The notes beneath the pieces were generated by a model. That model saw only the letters and a list, made by a program, of their open reading frames with translations. It did no database searches and was not told the DNA's origin. DNA of 62,993 nucleotides from an uncultured bacterium (lineage in GTDB: Bacteria; SAR324; NAC60-12), in assembly GCA_964010765.1 (NCBI GenBank), contig CAXGMD010000008.1, positions 1-62,993 on the forward strand. Direction: 5' to 3'. Of the stretch, positions 61,442-62,993 are shown in pieces. Position 1 is the stretch's first letter; every line of letters begins with the position of its first letter. The position numbers and the translations under genes are program-made.

Positions 61442-62464
61442 ATGAAAAAAATTGGAGCTGCCCTTTTTGGGAACAAATCGCTGGAAGTGAGGGAATTTCC
61501 TGATCTAGAGCCTAGATTGAATGAAGTCTTGATTGAAGTGAAGGCAGCTGGCATTTGTGGTAGTGACTTGCATTTTTATCGCTCTAGTCCTGAAGAGTTG
61601 GGTGCTCGTTACGGTAAAATTGTAGGTCATGAGCCAGCAGGAATCGTTGTTCAAACTGGTGACGCTGTCAGTAAATTCAAAGTTGGTGATCGGGTGACCG
61701 TAAATCACACGCTAGGTTGTGGTCACTGCCAATACTGTCATCAAGGGGAAACTGTCCTTTGCCCAACTGGCAAAGGAATGGCCTTGGCGGATGCTGGAGC
61801 AAATACCAACGTCCTGAAGCTTCCGGAAAATACCTGTCTTGAACTCCCAGAGAATATCTCCTTTGAAGACGGTACTTTTATCGCGTGTACCGGAGCGACT
61901 GCGTACAATGCGGTCCAACAATTAAGGGGTCAAGCGGTTCGCAACGTAGTTGTCTTTGGGCTGGGTCCAGTAGGATTGTCAGCGATATTACTACTTGAAA
62001 AAATGGGAATCAATGCGGTAGGAATCGATCCAATTAAGAGCCGCAGAGACTTTGCATCCTCACTTGGTTGTAAAAAAATCGGAGACTTTACAGAGGCTGA
62101 AGGCCTCATCAAGATGTCCCCCAATCCGGAAGGTTTTTGCGGAAGTATTGAAACCAGTGGGGCAAGTAATGCTCAGAGTCAGGCAATTGATGTGCTGAGG
62201 CCAAAGGGAATAGCAATCTACCTTGGATTAAGCAAGGGAGTTCCTAGTATCTCCCCAGAGCAATTTATTCATAAGCAGATTAGGTTGCAGGGCTCAAAAG
62301 TCTTACCCTCTTGGGCAGCAGTTGAGATGATGAATTTTATGCAGGAGAGCAACTTCTCTTTTGAACAGCTTATTCGAGAGAAAATCCCTCTTCATAGAGC
62401 TGCTGAGGCCTTTGAGATGTTTGAGAGCGGAATGTCCGGGAAATTTATTTTATTGCCAAACTAG
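61442..62464 (+). CDS. Zinc-binding (MDR family) alcohol dehydrogenase
   Basis: GICGSDLH, GHEPAG, CGHCQYC...C structural Zn site, FGLGPVG. Confidence 0.9.
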   Translation: MKKIGAALFGNKSLEVREFPDLEPRLNEVLIEVKAAGICGSDLHFYRSSPEELGARYGKIVGHEPAGIVVQTGDAVSKFKVGDRVTVNHTLGCGHCQYCHQGETVLCPTGKGMALADAGANTNVLKLPENTCLELPENISFEDGTFIACTGATAYNAVQQLRGQAVRNVVVFGLGPVGLSAILLLEKMGINAVGIDPIKSRRDFASSLGCKKIGDFTEAEGLIKMSPNPEGFCGSIETSGASNAQSQAIDVLRPKGIAIYLGLSKGVPSISPEQFIHKQIRLQGSKVLPSWAAVEMMNFMQESNFSFEQLIREKIPLHRAAEAFEMFESGMSGKFILLPN

Positions 62465-62751
62465 CCTCTAATTCAGCCGTAGAAACGTGATTTTCAGCTT
62501 CGTTCAAATAGCTGATATCAAATTAGAAAATCTGGAGAGTGTCAAAAAGAATGAATTGGATAGGGGGTTTTGTGTCAAATAAATTACATTTCCTAAGTTT
62601 ATATTAGGAAATACATGAAAATATCTGAAAGTTTTGAATAGTAGTAAGTTTGAATTTGGAAAAATCAATGAGTGCTTGACTTTTAAGTGACAAAATAAAA
62701 TCTTGTTGAATAATTTTTCCCAACATTTATACCAAAGCTATCTGAGTCAAC

Positions 62752-62993
62752 ATGTTCTTCGTGGTCTTTTTGAATAAATTTCCTGAAGTGCCAATCCACG
62801 TCTGTGAGGACTACCATACAGCCATGAAGAGCCTGGCAAAGCATCATCGCTATGGTAGAACCGGCTGGATCTCTGAAATGGATTTGGGCCTGCTCAATCA
62901 TTACATCGAGGTCATTGACACAGAGCTTCACGAGATTTTTGACATGGCCAGGTTCGACTATCTAGAGAAGATGGTTCATGAGCAAATGTCAGT
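62752..62993 (+). CDS. Hypothetical protein, runs off the right window edge
   Basis: Open frame from ATG 62752 (MFFVVFLNKFPEVPIHVCEDYHTAMK...LEKMVHEQMS) with no stop before the end of the window. Confidence 0.5.
   Translation, partial: MFFVVFLNKFPEVPIHVCEDYHTAMKSLAKHHRYGRTGWISEMDLGLLNHYIEVIDTELHEIFDMARFDYLEKMVHEQMS

Noticed and set aside
62683..62931. 82 aa minus-strand ORF from the track
   Set aside because: It overlaps a plus-strand ATG frame (62752 to the end) that looks at least as plausible; neither has homology support I can see.
60550..62993. Prophage/ICE att site or integrase at tRNA-Leu
   Set aside because: No repeat of the tRNA 3' end and no recombinase are seen within the window.
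1..62993. CRISPR arrays, IS elements, rRNA, and the many short antisense ORFs in the track
   Set aside because: No regularly spaced repeats, transposase motifs or rRNA sequence were seen; the short ORFs lie within well-supported genes and carry no motifs.

Overview
This is a gene-dense bacterial chromosome segment of mostly core genes. Gene content suggests a marine Deltaproteobacteria/SAR324-like organism, but that is inference only. The left part holds a truncated ureA, the urea ABC transporter urtABCDE behind a sigma54-type promoter, a FleS/FleR-like two-component pair, a degenerate receiver coupled to an SLC13 permease with an in-frame TAG at a likely conserved Trp, proS, degP, a divergent PRPP-synthetase-like gene and trkA. 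The middle holds ftsA and an ftsZ with a ~310 aa linker, an FHA/FHA/LMW-PTP/fructosamine-kinase run, glgCA divergent from a pfk, a DHH protein, aroC, bolA, secA and panC. The most unusual part is a 12.4 kb signalling locus (35663-48030): three paralogous receiver domains (the third fused to a class III adenylyl cyclase), a histidine kinase, cheA, cheW, two MCPs (one with a periplasmic CxxCH heme motif), cheR and cheB, with no canonical cheY. The right part holds ntrY-like, ccmE, ccmD (absent from the ORF track), ccmC, gatB, phaR-like, dus, an epimerase, an rpoD-family sigma factor, a YheT hydrolase with a probable ATC start, mreB, tRNA-Cys and tRNA-Leu, then an AT-rich tail with small ORFs and a Zn-dependent dehydrogenase. 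I saw no CRISPR array, integrase, transposase or rRNA. All calls come from reading motifs by eye; no searches were run.
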